Counted from the stretch's first letter, positions 54,199 to 64,000 are shown. The stretch is DNA of 64,000 nt from an uncultured Candidatus Saccharibacteria bacterium (GCA_964434285.1 CAYSUJ010000001.1:168703-232702), one strand, 5' to 3'. Notes: generated from the letters alone by a model not told the origin. Made by a program: numbers and translations.

Positions 54199-55071
54199 TC
54201 AGGAGATCGCAGCCAATACTAAATTTACGCAACTGCGCAGCTCTTTATGATCCGTGACACAGTTGGAGCAACAGATGACCTTGCGCGAGGGATGGACCGA
54301 ATCATCGCTGTAGAAATCTTCGGTGGAATTTTTGCAGAACGCGCAGCGCGAGATGACTTCACGATTGGGTGTCTCCACGACCGGCGTCACTTGGCGGTTG
54401 TCGAAGACGTAGAGCGTGCCTTTGAAGCGCTTCCCGGGAAACTTCTGCATGTAGGTGTGGATGCCGTCTTTCAATTGATACAGATTCTCGAAGCCTTCTT
54501 TCTGAAGGAGGCAGGTTGCCTTCTCGCAGCGGATGCCGCCGGTGCAGACCGCGACCACCTTCTTCTGCTTTAAATGCGCGATCGAATCGAGCTTTTTCGG
54601 AAGATCGCGGAAGAAGCGTAGCTTCGGATCGATAGTGCGCTCAAACTGCCCTGCTTCTATTTCGAAATCGTTGCGGAGGTCGAGGACGACAAAGTCGTCA
54701 TTGCGCGCATACATTTCTTCGAGCTCCTCTGCCGTCACTTCCGGCGCCGTTTCTTTTGCCACATCAAATTCCCCCGCGCCGAGCGTGACCACTTCTTTCC
54801 GCACCTTTATGCGAAGCTGTGGGAAGGCACTCCCGGTGCCTTCGGACTCCTTGAAGACGAGACCGCGGAAGCGTTCGTCGCTCCAGAGCGCTTGTTTGTA
54901 CGTCTCGATTGCCTCATGGGTCCCCTCGAAGGTGCCGTTTATGCCCTCGCCGGCGATGAGCATGCGGCCTTTCAGTCCGAAACGCTTACAAAGCGCAATC
55001 TGCTCGTCCCGAAACGCCGCCGGGTCGTCGATTTTCACAAACTTATAGAAGAGGATTATGGTGTATTTCAC
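54199..55071 (-). CDS. trhO: rhodanese-domain tRNA uridine(34) hydroxylase TrhO/YceA-like
   Basis: LKGRMLIAGEGINGT, D.RN.FE..G.F, CTGGIRCEKA, YVFD.R. Confidence 0.9.
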   Translation of the reverse strand: MKYTIILFYKFVKIDDPAAFRDEQIALCKRFGLKGRMLIAGEGINGTFEGTHEAIETYKQALWSDERFRGLVFKESEGTGSAFPQLRIKVRKEVVTLGAGEFDVAKETAPEVTAEELEEMYARNDDFVVLDLRNDFEIEAGQFERTIDPKLRFFRDLPKKLDSIAHLKQKKVVAVCTGGIRCEKATCLLQKEGFENLYQLKDGIHTYMQKFPGKRFKGTLYVFDNRQVTPVVETPNREVISRCAFCKNSTEDFYSDDSVHPSRKVICCSNCVTDHKELRSCVNLVLAAIS

Positions 55072-55108
55072 CTATCTAAACTACCGCGAAATGGGCTCTT
55101 CGGAAAGC

Positions 55109-55234
55109 CTAGCGCACCATCCCGACGATGCCTTGCGCGAAGGAGAGCATGAGGCTCAGGATCGAGATGAAGAACGTCACGATGAGCGTGAAGAACTGCA
55201 GGAGGAAATCGAGGATGTATGTCAAGAATTCCAT
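55109..55234 (-). CDS. small membrane peptide (41 aa)
   Basis: MEFLTYILDFLLQFFTLIVTFFISILSLML...; TACACT directly upstream. Confidence 0.5.
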   Translation of the reverse strand: MEFLTYILDFLLQFFTLIVTFFISILSLMLSFAQGIVGMVR

Positions 55235-55257
55235 TGCGTAAGTGTACCAAAATTTGC

Positions 55258-55479
55258 TTACCGATGCGGGCAGCCGGCCCAGCAGCAGGGGCGGCGCATG
55301 CCGCCGGAGAGTTTGGACATCGCTTTTTTGATGCGAATGTCGCGCGTTTCTGCCTTCTTGCCGGAAGTGGCCCAACAAATCCACTCGTTCTTAGCGAGGG
55401 GTGTTGTGGAGTCCCAGGTGGCTTTTGCTCGCGGCGATTTTAAGAGCGCCGCGTTCAAGTCCTTGGGCAAAGTGTGCAT
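55258..55479 (-). CDS. YdeI/OmpD-associated family protein
   Basis: LP.DL..AL...W...TPLAKNEWICW....K.ETR..RI, RPCCWAGC.H. Confidence 0.85.
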   Translation of the reverse strand: MHTLPKDLNAALLKSPRAKATWDSTTPLAKNEWICWATSGKKAETRDIRIKKAMSKLSGGMRRPCCWAGCPHR

Positions 55480-55482
55480 ACG

Positions 55483-55893
55483 CTACGAAGTCGACGCAAT
55501 GCCGAGCTGCTCTTTTACGATCCGCGCGAGTTCTTCAAGACTCACCTCGCTCTTCATCAAGTAGCGCTGAGGAGCGATAGCCTCGATATCAGCAGCCGCA
55601 GATTCATCTTCGGGCGCAATATTGGTGAAAAAAATTACGCGTACGCGCTGTCCCCATTCCCCGCTCTTCCGCAACGTCTTCAGCATCTCGTAGCCCGTCA
55701 TGTTTGGCATGCGGTTGTCAAGAATGATGAGATCGGGGTGTGTTTCGAGCGCCGTCGCAAGGCCTTTTGCGCCATCGGCAGATTGCGTGACGGTAAAACC
55801 TTCTTGCGTGAGTTTCTCGGCGCTCAACGTGCGCAGAGTTTCGTCGTCTTCAATGATGAGGACTGAGTATTTCATTTCAAGCGGTGCGCCCAT
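55483..55893 (-). CDS. single-domain response regulator
   Basis: IEDD, LIILD..MP..G, T, K. Confidence 0.9.
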   Translation of the reverse strand: MGAPLEMKYSVLIIEDDETLRTLSAEKLTQEGFTVTQSADGAKGLATALETHPDLIILDNRMPNMTGYEMLKTLRKSGEWGQRVRVIFFTNIAPEDESAAADIEAIAPQRYLMKSEVSLEELARIVKEQLGIASTS

Positions 55894-55906
55894 GTGTCGC
55901 AGTATA

Positions 55907-56686
55907 CTAGAACGAGCGCAGCTTGTCGCGATATATAAGCGATACGAGTGCGAAACTCAGAATGAGGAGCAAGAACCACGAACCAATTTTTGCAAAGGAA
56001 ACGAGGTGCCAGGCGTAAAGCTGGCTCGGATACAGCCAGATGTGGGTAAAGGTACCGACGTTTTCGGCGACCCAGACGAAAAATGCCGTGAGGAGTGCTG
56101 CCGCGAGAAACGGCATCGCACGCTCTTTCGTATACACCTGAAAATAGATGCGAGTATTCCAAAAAATGAAGAGAACATAACCAAAAAGAAAATAGCGGAT
56201 ATCAAGAACGTAATGGTGTGTGAAGAAATTCAAATATATCAGCACAGCCATCACCCAAAGGTGGTAGTAGGCCGGAAAACATTCGAAGCGCAACCGAAGA
56301 AAATGGAACGCACGAGAAATGTAACTCCCGACAGCAGAGTAAAGAAAGCCCGTAAAGAGCGGCACGGTTGCTATCGCGAAAAAGGTACCGGGAAGACCGG
56401 GATATACCCAAGACGCTATATCCGGATGTGTCTTGAAGAGTTCCATCAGAGTCGCGAGCACGTGAAAAATAAGAATGACGGCAAACTCCCGAAACTCTTC
56501 GAAACGAAAAAGAAGCGCACTCGCTTGAAATGCAACGGCAGCAAAAAAAATGACGTCGTACCGTGCGAGGCCAGGTACTGCAATAAGCTCCGTTACTAAA
56601 AACACTGCAAGAAGAAACGCTCCGAACTGGCTCGCCCGTGCGTTCGCGATCCCGAAGTGCCAGAGTTCTCTCATAATCTGTTGCAT
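55907..56686 (-). CDS. DUF817 family membrane protein
   Basis: RYD, FH....MELFK, PLFTGFLYSAVGSY, NFFTHHY, AENVGT. Confidence 0.88.
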   Translation of the reverse strand: MQQIMRELWHFGIANARASQFGAFLLAVFLVTELIAVPGLARYDVIFFAAVAFQASALLFRFEEFREFAVILIFHVLATLMELFKTHPDIASWVYPGLPGTFFAIATVPLFTGFLYSAVGSYISRAFHFLRLRFECFPAYYHLWVMAVLIYLNFFTHHYVLDIRYFLFGYVLFIFWNTRIYFQVYTKERAMPFLAAALLTAFFVWVAENVGTFTHIWLYPSQLYAWHLVSFAKIGSWFLLLILSFALVSLIYRDKLRSF

Positions 56687-56709
56687 ACACTCAGTACTAA
56701 CGGTACACC

Positions 56710-57975
56710 CTACTTCTTCTCAGCACGAATATGTTTGTATGTCCGAAGCAGCTCGCGCGCGATGTTCTCACTCTTAAACTGCTCGGCGGTTTTCTCAGCT
56801 GCCTCAGCCATTCTTTCACGGAGCACGGGGTCAAATCGAAGCAGTCTAATCTTTTCGATCGCTGCTTTCTCGCTTCCAACCAAGAATCCATTCTCTCCGT
56901 CACGAATGATCTCAGGCGCAACACCAACCGGGAACGTAACCGGTATAAGACCCTGCGACATACCTTCGACTAAAGAGAGGGAAAAGCCTTCATAGCGCGA
57001 TGAGACGATGAGAATGCTCCCCCGAAGAGGCGCAAGTGCCCCGGGAATAAAATCTTTGCGCATATTTACGAACATGTGGTGTTTGGGGAACGAGACTTTC
57101 AACCACTCTTTAAGCTTACGGCTCGTCGTCATGCACACAGTGGTTTTGGGCATTTCGGGAAATGCCTTGTAGATATTCACCAATCGACTGAAGCCTTTTA
57201 ATTTCAGCGTATAGATGTCACCACCGAGGCGACCAAGAAAGACGAGGTGCGGCTCTGCTATAACCTCGGATGTACGACGTCCATGATTGAACCAATAATC
57301 TTCTATCGCGTTATGAATCACATGAATGTTTGCTTCAGGAACACCGGCTTCCATCAGTTCCTTCTTCACTTTCTTTGAGGTTGCGATGCAGGCGGAGGCC
57401 TTGAGGGCTGTCAGCTCTTCCACGTCGGCTACATCCTGAATGGGACGAAGTGTCTTGAAATCGAGTTCCGGTATAATTCCGAGTCGGAAAAGATGTTTGA
57501 ACACAGCTTTTTGAGCCTGAGGCAAATCCAGTGTCCAAGGTGTTGAATTTAGAAACCCGCGACTCGTCGAACCAAAGTGACACACCGTGGGCGTCTGAAA
57601 TGGTGTAAACGGAAGCGGCGTATAGGTTGTGCCCTGCACGATGTCTGCAGCAAGTACTTTGTCTTTATATTCGAGGAGAGAATAAAAGAAGAGGATGTTC
57701 GCGATGCCTTTCAAATGCGAAGGTGTTTCGAAGAGCTTTTGCTTCGGAAAAATGTGCTGTACGTCCACCCCTTCTTTGGAGAGCGCTTTCGAGATCAGAT
57801 CGTTTATCTGACTGGCTCCTGTTTGAAGCTTCTTTTCATTATGAATGAAGGCGACCCTGAATTTTCGGGGTGCTTTAAGGACTTCTGGTGCTTTCTCCCC
57901 CCGAAAAAGCCTTAAAAAGGTTCGCGTTGCTTGGTACGATCTCCGGCCGATTGAGCCTTTCTTTTTCTTTGCCAC
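56710..57975 (-). CDS. glycosyltransferase family 4
   Basis: FLGRL, SSRYEGFSLSLVEGM, EII..GENGFL. Confidence 0.9.
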   Translation of the reverse strand: MAKKKKGSIGRRSYQATRTFLRLFRGEKAPEVLKAPRKFRVAFIHNEKKLQTGASQINDLISKALSKEGVDVQHIFPKQKLFETPSHLKGIANILFFYSLLEYKDKVLAADIVQGTTYTPLPFTPFQTPTVCHFGSTSRGFLNSTPWTLDLPQAQKAVFKHLFRLGIIPELDFKTLRPIQDVADVEELTALKASACIATSKKVKKELMEAGVPEANIHVIHNAIEDYWFNHGRRTSEVIAEPHLVFLGRLGGDIYTLKLKGFSRLVNIYKAFPEMPKTTVCMTTSRKLKEWLKVSFPKHHMFVNMRKDFIPGALAPLRGSILIVSSRYEGFSLSLVEGMSQGLIPVTFPVGVAPEIIRDGENGFLVGSEKAAIEKIRLLRFDPVLRERMAEAAEKTAEQFKSENIARELLRTYKHIRAEKK

Positions 57976-58057
57976 GTTCTCAACATAATACCACGTTTTT
58001 CATACTCTTTCCAGCGCATCACGCTGTTGCATCTTTTCGCTCTGGTATACTGAAATA

Positions 58058-58246
58058 ATGAACATTTTTTCGAACAGCACGTTCACATGGTGGCAGGTTG
58101 GTGTCTTTAAATTATCAACCGTTGGTTTTGGTGTTCTTGTCGGCGCATATTGGCACGAATTCTTTGGTCAGTACCTTTTCCCCATCCTCACCATCTCGCT
58201 TGTTGCAGGCATATATATTAGTTGGGTGTACTTTAAACAGCACTAA
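58058..58246 (+). CDS. small membrane protein
   Basis: 2 TM; TATACT directly upstream; TAATG coupling to the SET gene. Confidence 0.65.
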   Translation: MNIFSNSTFTWWQVGVFKLSTVGFGVLVGAYWHEFFGQYLFPILTISLVAGIYISWVYFKQH

Positions 58247-58668
58247 TGGCGAGGACCCGGTGGATTCCACGAGAATTTAAACTCCGCGTGCGCAAATCTG
58301 CCACCGGGCGCGGGCTTTTTGCTGAAGAACCAATTCCTAGAGGCGCATGCATTATTGAATACACTGGGCGCCCCGCAACGCTTGAAGAAATGACGCGCGA
58401 TGAAGGCAAATATCTCTTCTGGACGGGAAAGACGACGATGATAAACGGGAACATTTCCTCGAATCTAGCCCGGTATATCAATCATTCTTGTGCGCCGAAC
58501 TGTGAAGCCGACGGCCCCGAGGGGCGCATCTTTATCATCGCGCGCCGCGCTATTAAGGCGGGCGAAGAGCTCACCTATGACTATGGAAAGGAGTATTTTG
58601 ATAAGCACCTAAAACCGAAGGGGTGCAAGTGCACAGCGTGCGTGCGAAAGCGCGAAAAACGTGTATAA
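58246..58668 (+). CDS. SET-domain protein-lysine methyltransferase
   Basis: GRGLFA, ARYINHSCAPNC, GEELTYDYG, post-SET-like CKC..C. Confidence 0.93.
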   Translation: MARTRWIPREFKLRVRKSATGRGLFAEEPIPRGACIIEYTGRPATLEEMTRDEGKYLFWTGKTTMINGNISSNLARYINHSCAPNCEADGPEGRIFIIARRAIKAGEELTYDYGKEYFDKHLKPKGCKCTACVRKREKRV

Positions 58669-58676
58669 TCGCCGCC

Positions 58677-58802
58677 ATGGGACAAGGAAGAATCTCGCCG
58701 ATCATGCGCAAGAAGTCGCGCTCGCGGAAGACGAAGAAGCGTCTTGCCACAAAAGCGACCATGCTCGCCGCGAAGAAAACAAAGCGCGCGAAGCGCCGAT
58801 AA
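58677..58802 (+). CDS. very basic 41-aa peptide (not in ORF track)
   Basis: MGQGRISPIMRKKSRSRKTKKRLATKATMLAAKKTKRAKRR*; TATAAT 7 nt upstream of ATG. Confidence 0.6.
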   Translation: MGQGRISPIMRKKSRSRKTKKRLATKATMLAAKKTKRAKRR

Positions 58803-58868
58803 ATTTACCATCATCTCGTACAAGGCTCCGCAAGGAGCCTTGTCGCTTTTATAATGTTCCCTTCGCAC

Positions 58869-59117
58869 CTACGCGCGTAACATCCTCACAATCCAGATGA
58901 GAATCACGGCGCCAAGTGTTGCGACTACAAGGCTGTAGATGTCAAAACCAGTGACCCCTGCGCCGCCAAACGCGTTAAATGCCATGCCTCCGATAAACGC
59001 GCCAATAATGCCTACAATGACGTTGCCAACGATTCCTTGTGACGCATCGGTGTCCATCAACAATGACGCCAGCCACCCCGCAATGCCACCTAAGACTAAG
59101 AATGCAATAATTCCCAT
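58869..59117 (-). CDS. GlsB/YeaQ/YmgE transglycosylase-associated protein (second copy)
   Basis: GGIAGWLAS, NVIVGIIGAFIGG. Confidence 0.9.
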   Translation of the reverse strand: MGIIAFLVLGGIAGWLASLLMDTDASQGIVGNVIVGIIGAFIGGMAFNAFGGAGVTGFDIYSLVVATLGAVILIWIVRMLRA

Positions 59118-59181
59118 ACGCGAAAAGTGTTACCAGTAATCCCTTTCATCGTACGCATTCGTTACTGAAGCGAGGATGAAG

Positions 59182-60369
59182 TTAGAGCGCCGCAAGACGA
59201 GCACGCGTGAGCGGACCAAAGTAACCAGCAGCTGGCGCAATCGCGTGCGCTCTTTGAAATGCGGCGAGCGCGGCCTTTGTGCGCGCACCAAAGTAATTTG
59301 ATTCATTGCCCGGCGAACCTGCGCCCGAAGATGCAACAGTGAATCCCTTCGTATTCAAAAATTTCTGAAGTTCGCGCACATCGGCGCCTTCCATGCCGAG
59401 TTCGAGATCACGCGAGAATCCATTTTCACTGGGGGTCGAAGCCGCCATGACACCTGACTGTCCGAATATAAGGGTATATGTTGCCTCATCAATAATGCCA
59501 CTCACGGAAAGCCCTGCGGCTGCCTGATATTCCATCAGAGCAGCGCGCGTGAGCGAGCCGTAATGGCCTGTCGCACCAGTGTTCGCGAGACGTGCGCCCG
59601 AACTTCCCTTCGGATTTGCAATGAGGAATTCTTGGAGTTCCCGCACATCTGCATTCGTCTCGCCGAAGACGAGATTCGCGCGGTACGCACGTGCGCTCTG
59701 CGGTTGCTCCGAGAGAGAAGTAGTTCCCGATGCAGTGGGAGTATGGGCACGCGGCAGCGCAATGCCTTTCGCCTCTGCATCAGCAATCGCCGTCTTGATT
59801 TCGTCTTCAGTAAACACGCTCGCGAGACGCGGATAGGGATCTGTCGCAGAGCCACCGGAGCGAATTTCGAGATGAAGGTGTGCAGGACCGCCGGACGCGT
59901 TGCCTGTATTCCCCACAAATCCGATAATCTCACCACGCGCAACACGATCGCCCGCCTCGATGCCGGACGCGATCGAGCTTAAATGCATATAGACGAAATT
60001 TTCTCCTCCCGGATTCGCGGTGCGTATATAGAGACCCGAATTCGTGCCGTTTCCGGTGCGGAGCACAATCGCCTCGGTGGGAGAAACAATCGGCGTTCCC
60101 TCTTTCGCCATGATGTCGAGCCCCTGATGCGTGCGCGTGCCGCCGCCACGCGCGTCGCCAAAATTTCTCGTGAGATTGCTGAGCTCAACGCCAAAGAGCA
60201 CCGGAATCGGAAGATTCTCGACGCGCGTCGTACTGAGATCGGCAACAAGTGAGGAGTAGCGGGATGAGTGTCCCCAATAGCGGCGGTCGTTTGGATCATC
60301 ATCTTCGAGCGCCTGTGCGGAGAGCACAAGTGGAAACAAGGCAAGCGCAACAACAATTCCTCTGCGCAT
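59182..60369 (-). CDS. M23 peptidase with peptidoglycan-binding domains
   Basis: Signal peptide, HQGLD, HLH; two V.ELQ.FL...G..T.AAL..(F/Y)Q repeats. Confidence 0.92.
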   Translation of the reverse strand: MRRGIVVALALFPLVLSAQALEDDDPNDRRYWGHSSRYSSLVADLSTTRVENLPIPVLFGVELSNLTRNFGDARGGGTRTHQGLDIMAKEGTPIVSPTEAIVLRTGNGTNSGLYIRTANPGGENFVYMHLSSIASGIEAGDRVARGEIIGFVGNTGNASGGPAHLHLEIRSGGSATDPYPRLASVFTEDEIKTAIADAEAKGIALPRAHTPTASGTTSLSEQPQSARAYRANLVFGETNADVRELQEFLIANPKGSSGARLANTGATGHYGSLTRAALMEYQAAAGLSVSGIIDEATYTLIFGQSGVMAASTPSENGFSRDLELGMEGADVRELQKFLNTKGFTVASSGAGSPGNESNYFGARTKAALAAFQRAHAIAPAAGYFGPLTRARLAAL

Positions 60370-60453
60370 AGGTATGTAGTATAGACGGTGCGCGCGGTGA
60401 CTTCTTTCAAGACCTCATTGCCCTTTCATACAAGATGAGTCACACTTAATTGC

Positions 60454-61383
60454 ATGCAAAAAATAACTCCGTGCCTGTGGTTTGATGCAAACTGCGAAGA
60501 AGCGATGAATTTTTACGTCGCCCTTTTCCCAAATTCAAAAATTCATTCCATCAAGCGGTATCCTGTGGGAGTGCAGGAAGGCCCACTTTCGGGCATGGAT
60601 GGCAAGATCTTGACGGCAATTTTTGAACTCGATGGTTACACTTTTCAAGCACTTGATGGTGGACCGCACTTTACCAAGAACCCCTCGGTCTCGTTTTTCG
60701 TGAACTTTGATCCTTCGCGCGAGCCGCATCCGGAGGAACGTTTACGTGCGATGTGGGAGAAACTTTCTGATGGCGGCACGGTGCGTATGCCGCTTCAAGA
60801 ATACCCGTACTCCAAACTCTACGGCTGGATTGAGGATCGCTTTGGGCTCTCCTGGCAGCTCATGCTCACGAACCCCGAGGGCGAGCCGCGCCCTGCGATC
60901 GTCCCCTCACTTCTCTTCACGAAAGAAATGAGCGGAAAGGCACACGAGGCATTTCAGTTCTACGTCGACACTTTCAAGAACGGCGCACGTATGGGTACCG
61001 TCGCACACTATCAAGCCGGCTCGCCGCCGGGCCTCGAGGGCGGCGTCATGTTTGCGGAGGCACAGCTCGCCGGGCAGTGGTTTTCCGCGATGGACGGCGG
61101 CGGCGCGCACGAATTTTCTTTCAATGAGGGCATTTCTTTCGCTATCGAGACCGCGGATCAAGCAGAGACGGATTATTTCTGGGATGCGTTTACAAAAGAC
61201 GGCGGCGCGGAGAGTCAGTGTGGTTGGCTTAAGGACAAGTACGGCTTCTCCTGGCAAATCGTCCCCAAACGCTTGATGGAACTCATGAGCGATCCCGATC
61301 AAGAAAAAGCGAAGCGTGCTCTCTTGAAAATGCTTGAGATGCAGAAAATCGACATTGATGCGCTCGAGAAAGCTGCCGTGTGA
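60454..61383 (+). CDS. tandem VOC/PhnB-like (3-dmu-9_3-mt) protein
   Basis: ITPCLWF, DRFGLSWQ, CGWLKDKYGFSWQI. Confidence 0.9.
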   Translation: MQKITPCLWFDANCEEAMNFYVALFPNSKIHSIKRYPVGVQEGPLSGMDGKILTAIFELDGYTFQALDGGPHFTKNPSVSFFVNFDPSREPHPEERLRAMWEKLSDGGTVRMPLQEYPYSKLYGWIEDRFGLSWQLMLTNPEGEPRPAIVPSLLFTKEMSGKAHEAFQFYVDTFKNGARMGTVAHYQAGSPPGLEGGVMFAEAQLAGQWFSAMDGGGAHEFSFNEGISFAIETADQAETDYFWDAFTKDGGAESQCGWLKDKYGFSWQIVPKRLMELMSDPDQEKAKRALLKMLEMQKIDIDALEKAAV

Positions 61384-61384
61384 T

Positions 61385-61819
61385 ATGGCTGAGTTGAAAA
61401 CGAAAAAAACGAGAGCGAGCGTAGCGGCATTCCTCGCGAAGATTGCTGATCCGAAACAGCGCGCCGATGCAAAGACCTTGCTTGCGCTCATGAAGAAAGC
61501 GACGGGTGAGAAACCGGCCCTCTGGGGCACCAGTATCATCGGCTTCGGCGAATACCACTACGAATCCGAGCGGAGCGCGCAGAAAGGCGATTGGCCGCTC
61601 ACCGCGTTCGCCCCGCGCAAAGGCAACCTCACGGTCTACATCATGCCGGGCTTTAAGGATTACGAAGCGCTTTTGAAAAAGCTCGGAAAACACAAACACA
61701 GTGTGTCGTGCCTTTACATCAAGCGCCTCGCTGACATTCATATGCCCACCCTCGCGGCACTTGTCACCAAAGGATACAAAGACATGAAAAAGCGCTATGC
61801 TAAGAACATTACGAAATAA
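61385..61819 (+). CDS. DUF1801 (YdhG-like) protein
   Basis: WGTSIIGFGEYHY, FAPRK..L..Y, LGKHK...CLYIK. Confidence 0.88.
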   Translation: MAELKTKKTRASVAAFLAKIADPKQRADAKTLLALMKKATGEKPALWGTSIIGFGEYHYESERSAQKGDWPLTAFAPRKGNLTVYIMPGFKDYEALLKKLGKHKHSVSCLYIKRLADIHMPTLAALVTKGYKDMKKRYAKNITK

Positions 61820-61831
61820 CCGATACAAACT

Positions 61832-62215
61832 ATGAAAGGCTCATATGTGGATGGATTTGTGTTTCCGATTCCGAAGAACAAAGTCGCTGCTTACAAGAAA
61901 ATGGCGGAGTGGGGCATGCGCACGTGGATGAAGCATGGCGCGCTCGCGTATTACGAGTGTCAGGGCGACGATCTCGTGCCAAAGCCGATGGGCGACATGA
62001 AGCAGCGCTCCTTCAAAGAGCTCGCGAAAGCGGGACCGAACGACACTGTCTGGTTTTCGTTTATCGTCTTCAAAGACAAAAAACACCGCGACGCGGTGAA
62101 TAAGAAAGTCATGACTCAGATGGAGAAGGAATCAAAGAAATGGGAGGGCGTCCCTATGCCAATGGATCCAAACAAAATGGCGTACGGTGGATTTAAGGCG
62201 GTGGTGAAGAGGTAA
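61832..62215 (+). CDS. DUF1428 (YbaA) family protein
   Basis: YVDGFV, GAL.Y.EC..DD, HRDAVN.KVM, M.YGGF. Confidence 0.9.
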   Translation: MKGSYVDGFVFPIPKNKVAAYKKMAEWGMRTWMKHGALAYYECQGDDLVPKPMGDMKQRSFKELAKAGPNDTVWFSFIVFKDKKHRDAVNKKVMTQMEKESKKWEGVPMPMDPNKMAYGGFKAVVKR

Positions 62216-62249
62216 CAGAAGGTGCCGGGAAAGACCGGCACCTCTTCGT

Positions 62250-62516
62250 TCAAAGATCTGCATCGCACCTATCGGCAAGATCCCAGATCTTTAATTTCTC
62301 CTCTTCCGTGATGTTGCGGGGATTCAGATGTCCATCGAGAACAAGCCCGTGGATCTTGACGACGAACCAGCCCGAATTAAACATGAAGCCAGCTCTTCTG
62401 AGTGTCATAAATTCCATGACCCCATCGACAAACATCAGATACTGAGGAAACTCGATTTCAGTCTGCGACGCTGGTCGCGACCGCTCGTTGAGCCGATCAT
62501 CTGCTGCATTTCCCAT
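62250..62516 (-). CDS. hypothetical protein
   Basis: AGGAG SD; ends at the shared hairpin aggtgccgg/ccggcacct. Confidence 0.5.
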   Translation of the reverse strand: MGNAADDRLNERSRPASQTEIEFPQYLMFVDGVMEFMTLRRAGFMFNSGWFVVKIHGLVLDGHLNPRNITEEEKLKIWDLADRCDADL

Positions 62517-62581
62517 TACACATCTCCTATAAGTGGGTGAACTTCTGACACCCTACACGATGAAGGAATTGACGTCGAGGA

Positions 62582-63181
62582 TTACTTCGCCGCGAGGGTT
62601 TGTTCGACGCGCATCGCGAGTTCTGCCTGAGTTTCGGGGATGTCTTTAATTTCGATTTTGCCCACGACGCGTGCGGTGATACCTCCGCAGCTCGCGAGCG
62701 CTTTCGCTGCATTCACATTTTTAACACCGCCGTTCACATGCACGTTTACCATCGCATCCTCTGCAAAGAGAATGTCTACCCGCTCTGTGTGACGCGCGTT
62801 CATGGTGTCGGCGATCACGCGGTAGCCGACGAAATGTTCGACGAGTTCCCACCCACAGTATTGCCCGGTGAGATTGTCTGACGCTTCGAGCGCAATGACG
62901 GTGCCAAACGGAAGCGCACCACGCAAATCGCGCGATACAGCAGCCACCACTTCGGGGTTCGAGAAGGCACCGGAAGCGGTCGTGAAGGGGTCGCTGTCGG
63001 TTTGCTCGGGAACGGCGTTGTAGCCCGTCACCCGAACGGGTATGGTCTTCGCTGGTGCCGCCGCAAGGGCCGGCACGGGCTCGGGGAGCATTTCCTCGGG
63101 CGCTGGGCTGGTTAAGACCGGCGACGAGGCGACACTCGACCAAACAAAAAAGCCCGTTAGGGCTATCGATGCAAGATTCAT
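62582..63181 (-). CDS. 3D-domain (lytic transglycosylase-like) secreted protein
   Basis: VTGYN...QTDSDPFTTASG, AVSRDL, PFGT, DTM..R...VDI. Confidence 0.85.
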   Translation of the reverse strand: MNLASIALTGFFVWSSVASSPVLTSPAPEEMLPEPVPALAAAPAKTIPVRVTGYNAVPEQTDSDPFTTASGAFSNPEVVAAVSRDLRGALPFGTVIALEASDNLTGQYCGWELVEHFVGYRVIADTMNARHTERVDILFAEDAMVNVHVNGGVKNVNAAKALASCGGITARVVGKIEIKDIPETQAELAMRVEQTLAAK

Positions 63182-63428
63182 GTGTAAATAAGGAAAATAT
63201 CCTTATATAGAGCCAAATTTAGCATATTTTGACCCCGCTGTCAAGGAAATCAGATTGCTGAAATTGACGCCCTCATCCCCTTCACGGGTCGCCAAAGCGT
63301 CAGATATGGGAATGCCTAATAGACCACGGCAATCCCGATACGTCGAGTAAGTTTGCCACTCGTCGGCCCGTCTACTCCCAAAGGGCGTATAATTCCCTTG
63401 TTTATACACACTAACAGTATCATTACCT

Positions 63429-64000
63429 ATGCATTCACTTCGTATGAGTATCGGGGCAGCACTCGTGCTTGCTCTTATGTCGGCATCATTTGCCTTTGCC
63501 GATGATGACCGCGACAATTCGGGGAAAGGCAAGGGCAGAAATGATGACGACAAAAAGTCGTTCTCTCTTCCCTTCAACCTCTCCGCATTAGGAACGACCA
63601 CGGGCGCTCTTCAGGCTCAGATTCAGAGCTTGCAGGAGATGCTCAAAAATTTAAAGGCTCAGCGTGAAGCGCTCGATGATGATTCTGATGATTCCGACGA
63701 TGATTCAGACGATTCAAACAAAGCAGTGCGCGACGCGCTCAAGTCTGAAATCAAGCAGACGAAAAACGAGCTTAAATTCTTGCGCTCACTCTCGCGCGGC
63801 ATGAGAGGTGACGACGTGCGCGATCTCCAGGAACTTCTTGCGCAAGATCCTTCTATTCTTTCTTCCGACAATGTGACTGGTTTCTTTGGCCCTTTGACCG
63901 AAGAGGCACTTCGCAAGTTCCAGCGCAAGCACGGCATTGACGCGATTGGCGTTTTTGGTCCGAAAACACAGGCGAAGATTCTCGCACTTTACCTCGGCAA
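63429..64000 (+). CDS. secreted peptidoglycan-binding-domain protein (runs off window end)
   Basis: Signal peptide, Asp-rich linker, LSRGMRGDDVRDLQELL...TGFFGPLTEEALRKFQ...GVFGPKT. Confidence 0.85.
   Translation, partial: MHSLRMSIGAALVLALMSASFAFADDDRDNSGKGKGRNDDDKKSFSLPFNLSALGTTTGALQAQIQSLQEMLKNLKAQREALDDDSDDSDDDSDDSNKAVRDALKSEIKQTKNELKFLRSLSRGMRGDDVRDLQELLAQDPSILSSDNVTGFFGPLTEEALRKFQRKHGIDAIGVFGPKTQAKILALYLG

Noticed and set aside
1-64000. CRISPR array, retron, DGR or group II intron
   Set aside because: No regularly spaced repeat-spacer run, no cas gene and no reverse transcriptase ORF were seen.

Overview
Gene-dense bacterial chromosome segment. It looks like Patescibacteria/CPR (Parcubacteria-like); this is inferred from gene content, mostly leaderless starts and tRNAs without encoded CCA. 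It uses the standard genetic code. 1-21.4 kb is mostly core genome: a partial IS481, tRNA-Ala/Val/Asn, an Orn/Arg-type decarboxylase, greA, pbp2-mreD-like-mreC-mreB, proS, rseP, frr, holB-like, a second mreB, def-fmt and HPF/raiA. At tRNA-Asn a large serine recombinase, whose stop codon lies inside the tRNA, opens an accessory island whose right boundary I could not find. The island carries a SpoVG-like gene and a switch-like structured RNA. It also carries the best candidate new system: a Hanks-type Ser/Thr kinase fused to a TGT-like Zn-binding domain, converging on a wHTH-inserted PD-(D/E)XK nuclease. Further cargo includes NUDIX/HAD/CYTH/GMK-like/sulfotransferase-like genes, an IS3-truncated type I hsdR and a CsoR-CopA copper operon. 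The right part has a dead IS200, CoA-transferase plus GNAT, GH3, a general-stress gene cluster, surface proteins, trhO, a SET-domain gene followed by an unannotated Lys/Arg-rich peptide, and cell-wall enzymes. No CRISPR array, rRNA or reverse transcriptase was seen. All family calls come from motif recognition by eye; no database search was run.
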